From Mobula birostris (taxonomy: Eukaryota), in contig NC_092380.1 in assembly GCF_030028105.1 (NCBI RefSeq), forward strand, positions 12,365,123-12,429,122: a DNA stretch of 64,000 bases, in the 5' to 3' direction. The notes beneath the pieces are model-generated. The model was given only the letters and a program-made list of their open reading frames with translations. It was not told the DNA's origin and did no database searches. Shown here in pieces: positions 1 through 12,029 of this stretch (positions are counted from its first letter, which is position 1; each line of letters opens with the position of its first letter). The position numbers and the translations under genes are program-made.

Positions 1-44
1 GAGGACAAATAGATGTTCAATATTTAGTTCCATTTGCACATTAC

Positions 45-200
45 CTCAGTCCCACAAGTTCAAAGCATTGTCTTTCAAAGTGTTTTGAACAGAAATAGAC
101 AAACTGTGAGGATGGTTTCCAGGGAAATGTCCCATCCGGGTTCTTACGACAGCAGTTCAATAACCAGATCTCACGCTGACTTTTTCCCTTCTTTGGCAAC
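45..200 (-). CDS. THAP7: THAP domain protein 7-like, coding exon 2 (gene continues off the left edge)
   Basis: Translates (R)LPKKGKSQREIWLLNCCRKNPDGTFPWKPSSQFVYFCSKHFERQCFELVGL, the THAP zinc finger W...CSKHF motif, closely resembling recalled THAP7. Acceptor TGCAG| at 201 and donor |GTAAT at 44; phase matches the preceding exon. Confidence 0.88.
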
Positions 201-329
201 CTGCATAGATCAGAACAATTCAAAATCAAGATATGGCAATAGTGTCACAGGTTACAGGTTGCAGGTATGCTAGGGATGGTGGGGAGGAGAAGATCAGAAG
301 GCAAGGTGTGTAGGAAGAGCTGTACTGAC

Positions 330-409
330 CTGTGAAAGGTGATGCCATTAATTCTTGAATCCTTTGTGTCCCTGGATCGGCAGCCCTCAGCAGAGCAGTG
401 ACGCGGCAT
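330..409 (-). CDS. THAP7: THAP domain protein 7-like, first coding exon
   Basis: ATG at 409 gives [27 protein letters not shown] (human THAP7 begins [27 protein letters not shown]). Donor AG|GTCAG at 329; upstream acceptor at 431 implies a non-coding exon near 1075-1120. Confidence 0.88.
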
Positions 410-1008
410 GACAGGCAGGCTGGGGGCACCCTGAGACAGATCAAGCAAGGTTTCAGTAACATTTCCATCCACATTCCTCCCAGTTCTAAACACTGGACGT
501 TAAAGAGGACAAAGAAACAAGGGAGGGAACTGTGATAAGAGGGAGCACCCAAGGAAGGGAAACAATGACAGTGGGCAAGGTGGGAGAGAGGTGGCTGAAG
601 AGGATGGGGCAAGGAGAGGGAGGGAAGAGGGCGTCTGGAAGGTGGGGGAGGGGTGACCAAATGATCAAAAGGAGAGGGGAAGAGCTGGACAGCTGGGTGG
701 TAACAGTGGGGCAGCTCTTGGGGGGCTGGCAGGGAGAGAAAGGGTTTGGATGGGGAGCAAGGAGAAAGGTTGTGGAAGGAGGGTGGCAGGGTGATTGAGG
801 GTGTGTTGGGGAGGGGTTGGCAGGACGATTTCGTCTTCCCGTGCCCCCTACCCTTCTGTGACTTTTGGTCCTTCTCCTCCTACCCACCCCCGTCTTCCAA
901 ACCCCTTCTCCATTCTCCCGTGCCTCCTGGACCCTCACGCAGCTCCCCCTGCCTACACTCCCCACGTCCTAGCACCACTGTCACCCTCTGCAGATCCTAC
1001 CCGCAAAT

Positions 1009-1036
1009 CCCTGCCCTGCCCTGCCCTGCCCTGCCC
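1009..1036 (-). repeat. (CCCTG)5 microsatellite / potential G-quadruplex (GGGCA)n on the THAP7 sense strand
   Basis: ccctgccctgccctgccctgccctgccc read directly from the sequence. Confidence 0.7.
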
Positions 1037-1074
1037 TTCTCATCCCCTCCCTCCCTGCGCGCTTTCTGCCTCAC

Positions 1075-1332
1075 TCAGTCCAGTCCGACCTCACAAAAAT
1101 GGCGGCCACGTTCGATCAGAATGACGTCACCGACAAATGACGTGCCCTCTACCTCGACCCCAGCGCGCACCTCCGACCAGCTGGCGGCATGTGCCGCTGA
1201 GTTGAGAGAGGGGCGCATGCGCGATTTGCGGAGACGGCGGTTGACTTGAACTCACGCAGCACGTTGCGTGATTGCATCATCACATCCCTGCCCCCGTTGG
1301 GCTGAGAGGTTGTCGATCCCGGACGACAAGAG
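1075..1332. promoter_or_regulatory. CpG-rich bidirectional promoter shared by THAP7-like (-) and ZBTB45 (+)
   Basis: YY1 motif AAAATGGCGGC 1096-1106, CRE TGACGTCA 1122-1129, NRF1 palindrome GCGCATGCGC 1213-1222, high CpG density. Outward-facing splice donors at 1074 (-, GA|GTGAGG) and 1333 (+, GAG|GTGAGC). Confidence 0.75.
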
Positions 1333-2167
1333 GTGAGCGGCACTAGCGGAGCCCGGCCAGCGGTGCGACACTCTTCGTGTGAGGGGTGGAGGGCCGCCTG
1401 CGTCGGCGTAGCGGGGGTGTTCCTGTGGGAGGTCGCCAGCGGGAGAAAGCCGAGTTCGTTGCTTTGCAGTTCAGGGGTCAATGGTGCTGCTGGGCAGCGA
1501 GAATGGGCCGAGCTCGGATAGGTCAGCGGCAGGCACGTGATGCCGAGGCGCCTTCCCCATAGTCTGCTGTAAGATTTAAAGGACCAGGACCCGCACCGGA
1601 CATCTGGCTGGCGATGTGAGATGGCCCGCAGTCTCTGCCCCTGGTGCGGCCGCCATAAATAACCCGTGGTCCCAGCGCAGCCTTGTCAGACGGGCAGGTG
1701 CGGCCTCATCAGAAACGCCACTTCAGATTTCCCAAATGAACTTCAGCTCCTGCATTTGAGTGCTTTCTATTCACAGCTGATATTTGAGCCAGCAATTGCT
1801 TGGACCCAATCTCTATTTCTGATTCAATAGACTACTTTTAGAATTTCAGCTGACCTTTGTGATTGTACCCAGTTCAAGCTTGATCGTGTAGCAGGCTAGG
1901 CTTATTGTCTGTCAGACCTGCAATCCATCGACCTGCATTGTTAGAGCAATATATATTGATTAATGAAAATAGTTTTAATGGGAAATTGTATTTTAATAAT
2001 GTATTATAATATAGAGCCTTGCTTAAACAACATCTCAGATATTGCATAAGGTTTTGGTTTTAGTTTCTAATATAGATGTCATACAGGGAGTATGATGAAG
2101 ATTCATCAGTTTTATTCTTGTAATAGCTGTATTACAGTAGGAAGTGAGCTTGACTGGACTAGATCTA

Positions 2168-2678
2168 CACTCAGTGGCCAATTTATTAGGTATAGCAGTG
2201 AAACCCGGTGTTTTCTGCTGCTGTAGCCCATGGCTTGACATGTTGTGTATTCAGAGGTGCTCTTCTGCACACCACTGTTGTAATACGTGGTTATTTGAGT
2301 TCTGTCAACTTCCTGGCAGCTTGAACCAGTCTGCCGATCTTCTCTGATCTCTCTCAAGACATTTTTGCCCACAAAACTGACACTCACTGGATGTTCCTTT
2401 GTTTTTCGCACCATTCTTTGTAAACTCTGGAGACTGTAATGCATTAAAATCTCAGGAGATCTGCAGTTCCTGAGATACTCAAACCACCCTGTCTGGCACC
2501 AACAATCATTCCACAGTCAAAGTCACTTAGATCACACTAGTTCCCCATTCTGATGTTTGGTCTGAACAATAACTGAACCTCGTGACCATATCTGATGCTC
2601 TTATGCATTGAGTTACTGCCATATGATTGGCTGATTAGGTATTTGCATTAACGAGCAGCTGTACCTAATAACGTGTCC
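2168..2678 (-). mobile_element. Tc1/mariner-derived non-autonomous DNA transposon (right TIR cut by an RTE insertion)
   Basis: TA|CACTCAGTGGCCAATTTATTAGGTA left TIR; partial right TIR GTACCTAATAACGTGTCC; same family as 51221-51707. Confidence 0.75.
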
Positions 2679-2999
2679 TTACTGCCCATTACGCTGTTGG
2701 CGTTTAGGGCAATAATGAAGGTCCTCCATCTCTGTCTGTTCAATGCTATCACACACAGTTAAAGAAGGGTTCTTCATTGCTGTTTCTGTAACAATTTTTT
2801 GACCAGTCATGGTTGTTACCCTGAGCTGAATCCCCAAACCTAGAGGAACAGTGGATCATTCGTAGTCTGGCCTCTACCCTTTGACCTGTTTGGCATGGGT
2901 GACCCTACCAAGAGCCAAAGCACAAAGCCATGACTCCAGCCAACATAGCTCTCCGGGTCATTGAGGCACGTAAGCCACAAGATTGTGGTGCTCTTGGAG
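2679..2999 (-). mobile_element. Bipartite non-autonomous RTE-LINE derivative, copy A
   Basis: Homologous to 7541-7960, 8135-8617 and 25753-26157; RTE/Expander-like 5' UTR block (GAGCTATGTTGG...GGTAGGGTCACCCATGCCAAACAGGTC) joined to a 3' tail ...GGGCAGTAA. Confidence 0.7.
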
Positions 3000-3724
3000 A
3001 AATAAAATGTCCACAGAGTGTAAATTCTTCGTAGTAGAATGGGAGAGAATCTCATTGAAACTTAGTGGAAGGCTAAAAGAGGGATGTGGGGAAGATCTTT
3101 CTCCTGGCTGAGAAGTCCTAGATTCAGGATATGAGGGTAGGCAATTTGGGACTAGGTTAAGGAGAAACTACTTCACTCAGGGAGGTGTCTTACCAGGATG
3201 GCTGTGGAGGTTCAGTCATTGCATGCACTATAAAGACCGATTAATACAGGTTTCTGGTTATTATGGAAATCAATAGATATGGGATTATTTTGGAAACATG
3301 GAACTGAAGTAGGAGATATGCCATGATCCTGATGAATGATTAATTCTTGCATTATTATGGCAAGAATAGATAAAATAACGGAATTGTGGGAGAAGACATG
3401 TTTTGATTGAGGCTGAGCTGATCAGCAGAGGGAATACTTAATATGTAATGTCAGCAACTGTTAACCATTCAAATCATGTGTCACAGTTATGCCTTATTAA
3501 TTGCAACACACTATTTAAAAATCTCATTGATATAAATAAAGCCAGTTCACATATAATGGGACTCTGACTTTTCCCTAAAGGGGTGATCCAGTATTTAATA
3601 GGCTGCTGTCACTCCAGCAAATCTTCTCTCAGCAATTACTACAGTCTCACATTCAAGAATGTTCAATGTTATTTCCAGTACACAAGTGTAAAGGAGAACA
3701 AAAATAATTGTTACTCGGGGTCTG

Positions 3725-4495
3725 CGGAGTAATTTCAAATTCCTGAGTGTCAATATGTCTGAGGATCTAACCTGGTCCCAACATATCAATGCAGCTAAAA
3801 AGAAAGCAAGACAGCGAATTGCCTTCAGGAGCTAGAGGAGATTTCATTTGTCACTTAATACACTCGAAAATGTCTATAGATCTACAGTGGAGTGAATTCT
3901 AACTGCTGTATCACTGTCTGGTATGGTGGGGGGTGGGGGGGGGGCTACTGCACAGGATCAAAAGACGCACATAAAGTTGTAAAATTAGTCAGCTCCATCT
4001 TGGGTACTAGCCTCCGTAGTATCCAAGACATCTTCAAGGAGCGGTGCCTCAGAAAGGTGGCATCTATTACTACGGACCCCCATCACCCAGGACATGCCCT
4101 CTTCCCATTGTTACTGTCAGGGAGGAGGTACAGAAGCCTGAAGGCACACACTCAGCGATTCAAGAACAGCTTCTTCCCCTCTGCCATCAGATTTCTGAGT
4201 GGACATCGAACCCATGAACACTACCTCACTTTTATGACAGTAACACACACAAAATGCTGGAGGAGCTCAGCAGGCCAGGCAGCATCTATGGAAAAGGGCT
4301 GAGACCCTTCAGCAGGAAGTTTTATTATATCTGTTTTTGCACTTGTTTTAACTTAACTATTTAATATACATATATATATTTACTGTAATCAATTTGCTTT
4401 TTTTAAATATATAATCATGTATTGCATTGTACTGTTGCTGCTAAGTTAGCAAATTTCACAACATATGCTGGTGATATTAAACCTAATTCTGATTC
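3725..4495 (+). mobile_element. Rex1/Babar-type LINE 3' fragment (with a short Penelope tail inserted near 4243-4318)
   Basis: CITVWYG...DPHHPGHALFPLLLSGRRYRSLKAHTQRFKNSFFPSAIRFL is the C-terminus typical of Rex1-clade ORF2; tail ...attaaacctaattctgattctg. Confidence 0.75.
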
Positions 4496-4639
4496 TGCAG
4501 CACAAAAAATACAATAACATAAAGAACACAATAATAAAAAATGAAATAAATATAATTACATAAGATATCTTACATACATAAATTGATTATCTGTGAAGTG
4601 ATACTAGGCACAGGAATGTCTGTACATAAGGTGACTGAT

Positions 4640-5160
4640 GGGAATGATAAAGTAGTGATGGTTGGGGGTGTGAAGGGGTGGGTTAGTGGGTGAAGGTATT
4701 AATCAGCCTTACTGCTTGGGGAAAGTAACTGTTTTTGAGTCTGGTGGTCCTGGTGTGGATGCTACATAACCTCCTCCCTGATGGGGTTGGGACAAACAGT
4801 CCCTAAGCAGGATGAATGGGATCCTTCATGATGTCGCTGTCCCTTTTCTGGCACCTTTCTGTATACAGGTCCTTGATGGCGGGTAGGCTGGGGCATTGCG
4901 CAGTTTTGACTACCCGTTATGGAGCCTTCCTGTTAGGCACACTGCAACTTCTATACCACACAGTGATACACCATGTTAGGGTGCTCTGTTCTGCACGTCT
5001 GTAGAAGGATGTGAGTATTGATGTGTATTGCCCAGCTTTCTTCAGCCTCCTCAGAAGGTACAGGTATTGCTGAGCTTTCTTGACTGTGTAGAATGTGTTC
5101 TGGGATGATAAGATTGTGCAAAATGTGCACTCCCAGGAGTGTGAAACTGCTGGCCACTGA
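4640..5160 (-). mobile_element. Rex1/Babar-type LINE 3' fragment, opposite orientation
   Basis: Reverse strand FTLLGVHILHNL... and degenerate ...SILTWCITVWY... motifs. Confidence 0.6.
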
Positions 5161-5893
5161 TGTAAAGAAGTGTGTGACTGGATGTGTCATAGTGCGGTTC
5201 CGTCAGTGAGCGTTCAGTGTGGCAGGGATCGAGGTTCAGGAAGTGTCATTTGGGCCATATCTCAATATAAGCAATGGCTTTAAAGGTTTAGGCCATAATA
5301 AATGGGATATTGCTGCTCCAAACATCTTGGTGAGCTGGGAATGGTGGAGTTCGGGTGAAGATTGATTGGCAGTTTATAGAAGTGGTGACCAGCAAGTTAA
5401 ATTGAGAGGCCTTCTGGGGTGAAGTTTTATTTGTTAATAGTTGATAGTTGATCACAGACCTTGTTCTATATCCAGCCTGTACTTCCTTTGTGTCTCTCTC
5501 TCCCAATCGAGTTCATCTTTGCCCACTCTTTTCTCCATATCTACAATCTCCCTTCCTGTCTGCCCCACCACTGCCTCCTCTCCTCCTATCTCATGACTCT
5601 CTGTCTTCATTTGTGGGGAAGGTAGTGTTGAATTTTTAGATAAATGATCTTTGGGGAGTATGAAGTTTTCACTCACTGAAAAGAAGGTGAAGAAGGAATC
5701 TGTCGTCACTTTTATAAAGTACTTGGATGTGCACGTGAAAAGTCATGACCTGTGGAAGTACATGTCTGGTGCTGGGTGATGGGGGGCAGTCTAATGGCTC
5801 CTTTACGACAGGCAGAGAGTTATCAGTGGTAAGTGTTCTGTGATTCCTATTGTTGTGTTTTGCAGGTTGAGTTGTGCAGTGTGACAGAGCAGA

Positions 5894-7472
5894 ATGGCTG
5901 AGCAACTTCATAGCATCAACCTCCAGAATTTCAGCAGATCCCTTCTGGAAACTCTGAACTCACAACGTCTGGGTGGCCATTTCTGCGATGTGACAGTGCG
6001 TATCCATAACACGGCTCTCCGAGCCCACCGCTGTGTCTTGGCTGCGGCTAGCCCGTTCTTCCATGACAAACTCTTGTTAGGTTACAGTGAGATTGAGGTC
6101 CCGCCTTTGGTCTCAGCCCAGACTCTGCGACGACTGGTGGATTTTATGTACAGTGGCTCATTGATGGTCTCCCATGTGGAGGCTCTACAGATCCTCACAG
6201 CAGCGAGTGTCCTTCAGATTAAAACCATTATTGACGAGTGTACACGAATTATTTCACAAAACGCCCCGCAAAAAGCTCAGGGGGACCAGTCATTAGCCAG
6301 TCAAAAGCTGGATCTTTCTGATGAGAAAGAAGCTGTTCTTTGCCAGACATCTGGTGAGCAGATCCACAAGTTTCCCATGGGCTTCATTGAAACAACGTTG
6401 TCACCCCACACAGCTGAGAGAGAGTTTGATTTTGTCCCGGGATGCTCAAAGAACGCAGCCTCAACTGATAGTGGGTACAAAGCTGAAGAAATGCTCCCCA
6501 CGCTGTGCAGGCAACAGACAGCAGCACGTCAGAAGGGAACTGGAGAGCAGGCCGTGTCTGATCAGGAGAACCTGTCGCTCATGGACTCCAGTCGGAACAG
6601 CGAGGTGCGCGCACTCTGGTACAACACTGCAGCCAACCAGCGACCTGAGATGGGGCTGCTGCCGCAGGGTAGTCACAGCCGCAAACAGCGGCAGCCAATC
6701 AGACTCCAAATGGCTGATGGAAGTGAAGTAACCATCAAAGAAGAAGATGATGACCTTCTTTACTGTGGGGAGAACATCACTGCCCAGACTGTCTCCAATC
6801 AAACCACAGAGCCGGTCAGCCAGGGCGAACAGACTGAGGAAGTCCCCGAAGCAAATGCCTTTGACCCCAACCAGACTGCAGTGGGAGACCGAAGAGACTC
6901 TAGCGGTCATCTGAGTTTGAGCAACAAAGGGGAAGAGATGGAATTTTTCAATGCTAGTGACCTCTTACCGGATGAACTGAAGTCGTTTTGGCAAGGAGAG
7001 AAAGAGGAGAAGGACACTGCCATACAGCAAAATCGCAAATTGGACTGCAAGTCACAGCTTGAGGCTTCATTCCCGCGGTCTTCAACATTTATACAAGACT
7101 TCCTTCCAGGATCTACCATGCAATCCAACATACGTAACCAGGGCTGCTCTTCACAATATGATGTTCAAGGAGATGCCACCGTGGCCAGCACAACTACTCA
7201 CCGCAACCTCTACCAAATTGGCCTTCCCCAGTCTCCTCACCTTCCAACATTGGCCTCCACTTCCCAGACATGTATGTCCAGCATTCCGGCTCAGACAACA
7301 TGTCAGAATCCCCCGGTATTCCCAGACGGAGTCCAAGCAGTGCCAGCTCCAGCTCCAGCTCCAGCCAGCCAGGTTGCTAGTGAAGCTGAGCGGAAACCCT
7401 ATGGATGCACACAATGTGGGAAGACTTTCAGCTCCAGACAGAACTATGCCAAGCACATGTTTGTTCACACAG
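5894..7472 (+). CDS. ZBTB45: Zinc finger and BTB domain-containing protein 45, large coding exon (BTB domain, linker, first C2H2 finger)
   Basis: HSINLQNFSRSLLETLNSQRLGGHFCDVTVRI...RAHRCVLAAASPFFHDKLLLG matches recalled ZBTB45 BTB; YGCTQCGKTFSSRQNYAKHMFVHT finger. Acceptor TGCAG| at 5865, donor ACAG|GTAGG at 7473 (phase 1). Confidence 0.93.
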
Positions 7473-7540
7473 GTAGGTTCAAAGTGATTGTTCCCTTTAA
7501 TTTAAACTAAATATTTTAGATCCTCCTGTAGAACTGTTAC

Positions 7541-7960
7541 CCTCCAAGAGGACCATAACCTTGTCATTGGGTTTAGAGTCTTGCGTGCCTCAGTGACCCG
7601 GAGAGCTATGTAGGCTGGAGTCAGGGCTTTATGCTTTGGCTCTTGGTAGGGTCATTCATGCCAAACAGGTCAGAGGGTTGAGGACAGACTAAGAGTGGTC
7701 CACCGGTTCTCCAGGTTCAGGGGTTCAGCTCAGGGCTGACAACCCTGACTAGTCAAATAAGATTGTTACAGAAACAGCGATGAAGAATCCTTCTACACCT
7801 GAGTGTGACGGTATTCCTGACTCTCCACCCCAGACTTGCATGACTGACACTAGTGAAAAACAAGTAGAAGCTACAGACATGATGAAGGAAGCCCGGAACA
7901 CTGCCAAAGATGGAGGACCTTCATTCTTCCCTGAACACCGGCAGCGTAATGGGCAGTTAC
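7541..7960 (+). mobile_element. Bipartite non-autonomous RTE derivative, copy B
   Basis: Starts CCTCCAAGAGGACCATAACC, ends GCGTAATGGGCAGTTAC; reverse-complement homology to copies A, C and D. Confidence 0.7.
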
Positions 7961-8134
7961 ATTCTACAGCACAGAAGGAAGCCAATTTTTATCCGTGGCA
8001 GTTTTGTGTAGGTCAAGAATGCGTCCCACTTTGCTCCGCTTATCCTAGAGCCTTGCAATTTATTTTCTCCCCCAAATGCTTAATTATTCCCTATTTGTCC
8101 TCTGTTTGCACCTTCCTCAAAGTTAATTAATTAG

Positions 8135-8617
8135 TTACTGCCCATTACGCTGCCTGCGTTTAGGGCAGAAATGAAGGTCCTCCATTGTCCTGTTTGTCCT
8201 TGGCCATCTTCTCTATTGTGCCCCAGGCGTTATTCAGGATCCTCATTTCTGGCTCTGCGGTACAGCGTCAAGTTGTCTTTGGTCTACCGCATTTCCTCTG
8301 CCCTTCAGGGATTCAGTGAATTGTTGTCTCGATTATGAAGTTGGCCTCTCTGCTGATACAGTCCAAAAACCAATTTTGGTCTTGGTCTTGGCAGTGTTCA
8401 GGGCTTCCTTCAATTTTTTTTTACCCGTCTGGGTTGTTAGCCGCTGGAGGACCGGTGGACCACTCTTAGTCTGGACTCTATCCTTTGACTAGTTTGGCAT
8501 AAGTGACTCTAACAAGAGTCAAAGCATAAAGACCTAAATCCAACCAATATAGCTCTCCAGATCATTGAGACACCCAAGCCTCCAAACCCTACGTCAGGGT
8601 TTTGGTCCACTTTGAGG
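8135..8617 (-). mobile_element. Bipartite non-autonomous RTE derivative, copy C (longer 3' ORF remnant)
   Basis: Includes a PEGQRKCGRPKTT remnant, the RTE C-terminal GxRxRGRP motif. Confidence 0.7.
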
Positions 8618-10689
8618 ACCTTCCTCAAAGGTAGTGTTCTAAATCATACTTTGCATTTTTAGAAAGAAACTATGTCCTTGCATCCCTCTGGAATATTTTT
8701 CACTGTAACTGTGAATCTGCAAATGCTTGTCCTTGAATCATCCACCAATAACAACAGCTTTTATTTCTGTTTATCCTGCCTAAGGCTGTCAAGCAAAGCT
8801 CTCAACCTTCAAACACAACCTCAGTTTCTTCATCCTAACTTTGTTACTGAAATTACGAAACTCCGCAACCGTTAAACATTTTCTGCTGGATCTTCACATC
8901 CTTCCTAAGATATGGGAACCAGAAACGGACACATAATTCCACTTGTGGCCTAAGCAGTTTATCCCAATTTGGCAATCCACTTGTCACTATAGGAGAAGAT
9001 ATCATCCAGTGCGCTGTTCACTTGTGCTGTGTCCTCCAAATGCTTGGCCTTTATATTCTTTCACTTAGTTGATTGGTCATCATTACAGAAACTTATTTGT
9101 GATGTAGGGAGAGGATCTCATTGCTGATTGACTGCGTGGCAAACTCTGTGCATTGTCTAGAATTTTTGCCCACATTGGCTTATAAATGGAATTGAGGTCT
9201 ACATGTCTGTTTATAGAATTGTTTGCAGAAGGCCACGCTTCTAGGAATTCTCTAGCATACCGCCATGACTTTCACTGATGCCCAGTCGGATTTTGAGTTT
9301 CCGTAATAACGACCAGTCAACACTGTTAAGTATATAATGGCCGAGCATTCCGAGGACACACCACAAGTGAACTGCACACTGATGATGTCTCCTTGCATGG
9401 TGACAAAATGTTTGCAAGTGGATCAACCACCTGAGCTACACATTTTCCAGGTTATTTCCAAAGTTTATCCTAACGTCCTTGCTTTTGTATTCCATGTCTT
9501 CGATGTAACTACATTTACTTTGTTAATGCTCTCTCAGCAAGAACTGTCACTTTCAAGGGTTCTTGTACTGTATCCCTGGGTTCCTGAACACCATTTAAAA
9601 ATGCCACACGTTATAGTTTCTCCTCAACCTTTCTGCCAAACTACGTGGCCTTATACATTCCTGAGGAAGGGTCTCGGCCCAGAATGTCGATCGTTTCATC
9701 TCCATAGATGCTGCCTGACCTGCTGAGTTCCTCCAGCTTTTTGTGTGTGTTGCCTTGCCTTATAGACGTTGCATCTCATTTGTCACCTGTGCACTTTACT
9801 TGTGCTCACTCGTAACCTCCTGAGTTTTGTGGCTTTTGCAGACTGAGATTTTGCTTTGCATACCCTTACCTAACTCAAAACAAAACAGTGGTCCCAACAT
9901 TGACTCTGGGGAACAGCAATGCCAACAATCCTCCATTCTGGAAAAAAATACATCTTATTTTAATCAATTCTGCCACTATGCAATGTTATTAAGATTGAAT
10001 TAAGTAATAAATCTTAATGAATATTGGAAAATATAAAAATAAAACTTCTTCCCAACCTTTGTGATACAATTTTTAAAAATTCTTTCCTGGACCCTAGCGG
10101 AGGCCCAGACTCCAAAGATAGCAACTATCATTGACATCCAGGTGCCACAAACACTGACTGAAGAGTTCCAAAGACACTAGCTAGAATTCAGTTCCACAGC
10201 CACTGACTCTGGGTGACAGATTCCCCAGGCATTGACTATCTCTGGTATACAGTGTTCAAAATTAATGACTCAAACTTGAAGTAATATTCCACAGATGCTG
10301 ACTCTCACTAGGGTATAGTCTTCACTGACATCAGAATATTAGTCAACTGGCCATTGATCTATTGGGTTCATTGGTCCACTGGATCACCTAACCCCTCTCA
10401 GTAATAACTAAAACATGATTCATGTTGGGAACCCTACTACCGTGAGCAACTTAGGATGTAGCTCTGGGAAAATCCCTCTTACTTACCTTTTACCATGTGT
10501 TTTCTGTGAATTTGTGTGGCAGCTGCATTAAATACTTGGTTCCAAAACTAAAGGAGGTAAATTTTAACACAGGTAGTTATCTCTCTAATGTCTGCTGGTG
10601 CTGTGCTGTGACCAAAGGGATATGGGTAACCTGTGGGCAGCTGTGCCTCTTACAGTCAGCAGTAACGTGGGATTGGAAGGACAAAAATT

Positions 10690-11150
10690 CAAAGTAGATT
10701 TTATTATCAGAGTAGATGTATGTCACCACATACAACCCTGAGATTCATTTTCCTGTGGGCATACTCTGCAAATCCATAGAATAGTAACTATAGCAGGATC
10801 AATGAAAGATCAAGTGAAGAAGACAACAAACTGTGCAAATGCAAATATAAATAAATAGCAATAGATAGCAAGAATATGAAACAGAAAGATAAGGGATCCT
10901 TAAGGTGAGATCATTGGTTGTGGGAATATCTCAATGGATGGGCAAGTGAGTGTAATTATCACCTTTTGTTCAAGAGCCTGATGGTTGAGGGGCAGTAACT
11001 GCTGGTGCGAGTCCTGAGGCACTTGTACCTTCTACCTGATGGCAGCAACAAGAAAACAGCACGGCCTGGGTGGTGATGATGGACCCTGCTTTGCTACGAC
11101 TGTGTTTCATGTAGATGTGCTCAGTGGCTGGGAGGCCTTTACCCGTGATG
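10690..11150 (-). mobile_element. Rex1-type LINE 3' fragment
   Basis: Homologous to 20380-20925 (…AVFLLLPSGRRYKCLR…, tail ataataaaatctactttgaa). Confidence 0.65.
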
Positions 11151-11534
11151 TATGAAGAGATAACTGTTGGTGTTAGTAAATGGGGAGAAATGTGACTCTT
11201 CCAACATACGGTTCAAAGTGAGAACTGCACATGGTTTATTGTCAGTCCACCTCTGCAGTGTTCTCATGTTCGGAGTGTACAATGAATCCACTCAATGTTA
11301 CTGGAAAGCAAACGATGCTTGAAGCTTGAATGGCCAGAAGCACAGATGGAAAGGTATGAAGAGTTCCCCAGTTTTCAGACTGAGGAATGAACAATGAAAT
11401 AAGAACCAGTGAATTTCTTAGGTGCCTGTAAGAAAAGCAACCAATCATGAATGTTAAAGTGCCAACAATTAAGTCTTATTCAAAATATTGATTGGAATTA
11501 TAGAAAGGCCACAGCACAGAACCACCGCTGCCAA

Positions 11535-11810
11535 CGAGCATAGTGGTTAGCACAACGCTTTACAGTACCAGTGACTTGGCCGTTCATTTCCTGCCACTGC
11601 CTGTAAGGAGTTCGTACGTTCTCCCGGTGACTGTGTGGGTTTCCTCCGGGTGCTCCGGTTTCCTCCCACAGTCTAAAGACGTACCAGCTGGTAGGTTAAT
11701 TGGTCATTGTAAATTATCCCATGATTAGGCAAGTGTTAAATCGGGGGTTGCTGGGCAGCACAGCCAAAGGACTGGAAGGGCCTAATTCATGCTGTATCTC
11801 AATAAATGAA
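11535..11810 (+). mobile_element. tRNA-derived V-SINE (HE1-like)
   Basis: tRNA-like head (TAGTGGTTAGCAC...GTTCATTTCC) plus V-domain core GGGTTTCCTCCGGGTGCTCCGGTTTCCTCCCACAGTCTAAAGAC. Confidence 0.75.
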
Positions 11811-11884
11811 TAAACTCTACCAGAGCAAATCATTAGTTTCAACCCCCAACTCCTCAAAGGATAAATACTAACCAGTCACCGAGG

Positions 11885-12000
11885 GAGCTAGTGGTGTGGG
11901 ATCTTTTATATTCATCTAAAAGAGCAGACTGAACCTTAGTTTAACAATTAACCTGAAGGACAGCATCTTCAAGGGTGTGGCAGAGTGGAGTGTTAGCCAT
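11885..12000 (-). mobile_element. Degenerate Deu-domain SINE (SacSINE1/AmnSINE1-like) fragment
   Basis: tgggatcttttatattcatctaaaagagcagactgaaccttagtttaac...gaaggacagcatct resembles the reverse complement of the recalled Deu core. Confidence 0.5.
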
Positions 12001-12029
12001 TTTAAAAAATGTATTGAGATACAGCATGG

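Noticed and set aside
45-409. THAP domain as part of a P-element transposase
   Set aside because: Intron-containing, THAP7-like sequence with a housekeeping-type promoter; no TIRs seen.
226-1249. Several 100-170 aa ORFs on both strands
   Set aside because: They arise from low-complexity purine/pyrimidine tracts in the THAP7 intron and promoter; no domain or splice support.
3892-4302. ORF resembling the ALKBH8 N-terminal domain (also 20611-21045, 40740-41165)
   Set aside because: This is the Rex1 LINE ORF2 C-terminus, a common mis-annotation.
6301-7487. Overlapping alternative-frame and antisense ORFs within ZBTB45
   Set aside because: Shadows of the real coding exon with no recognisable features.
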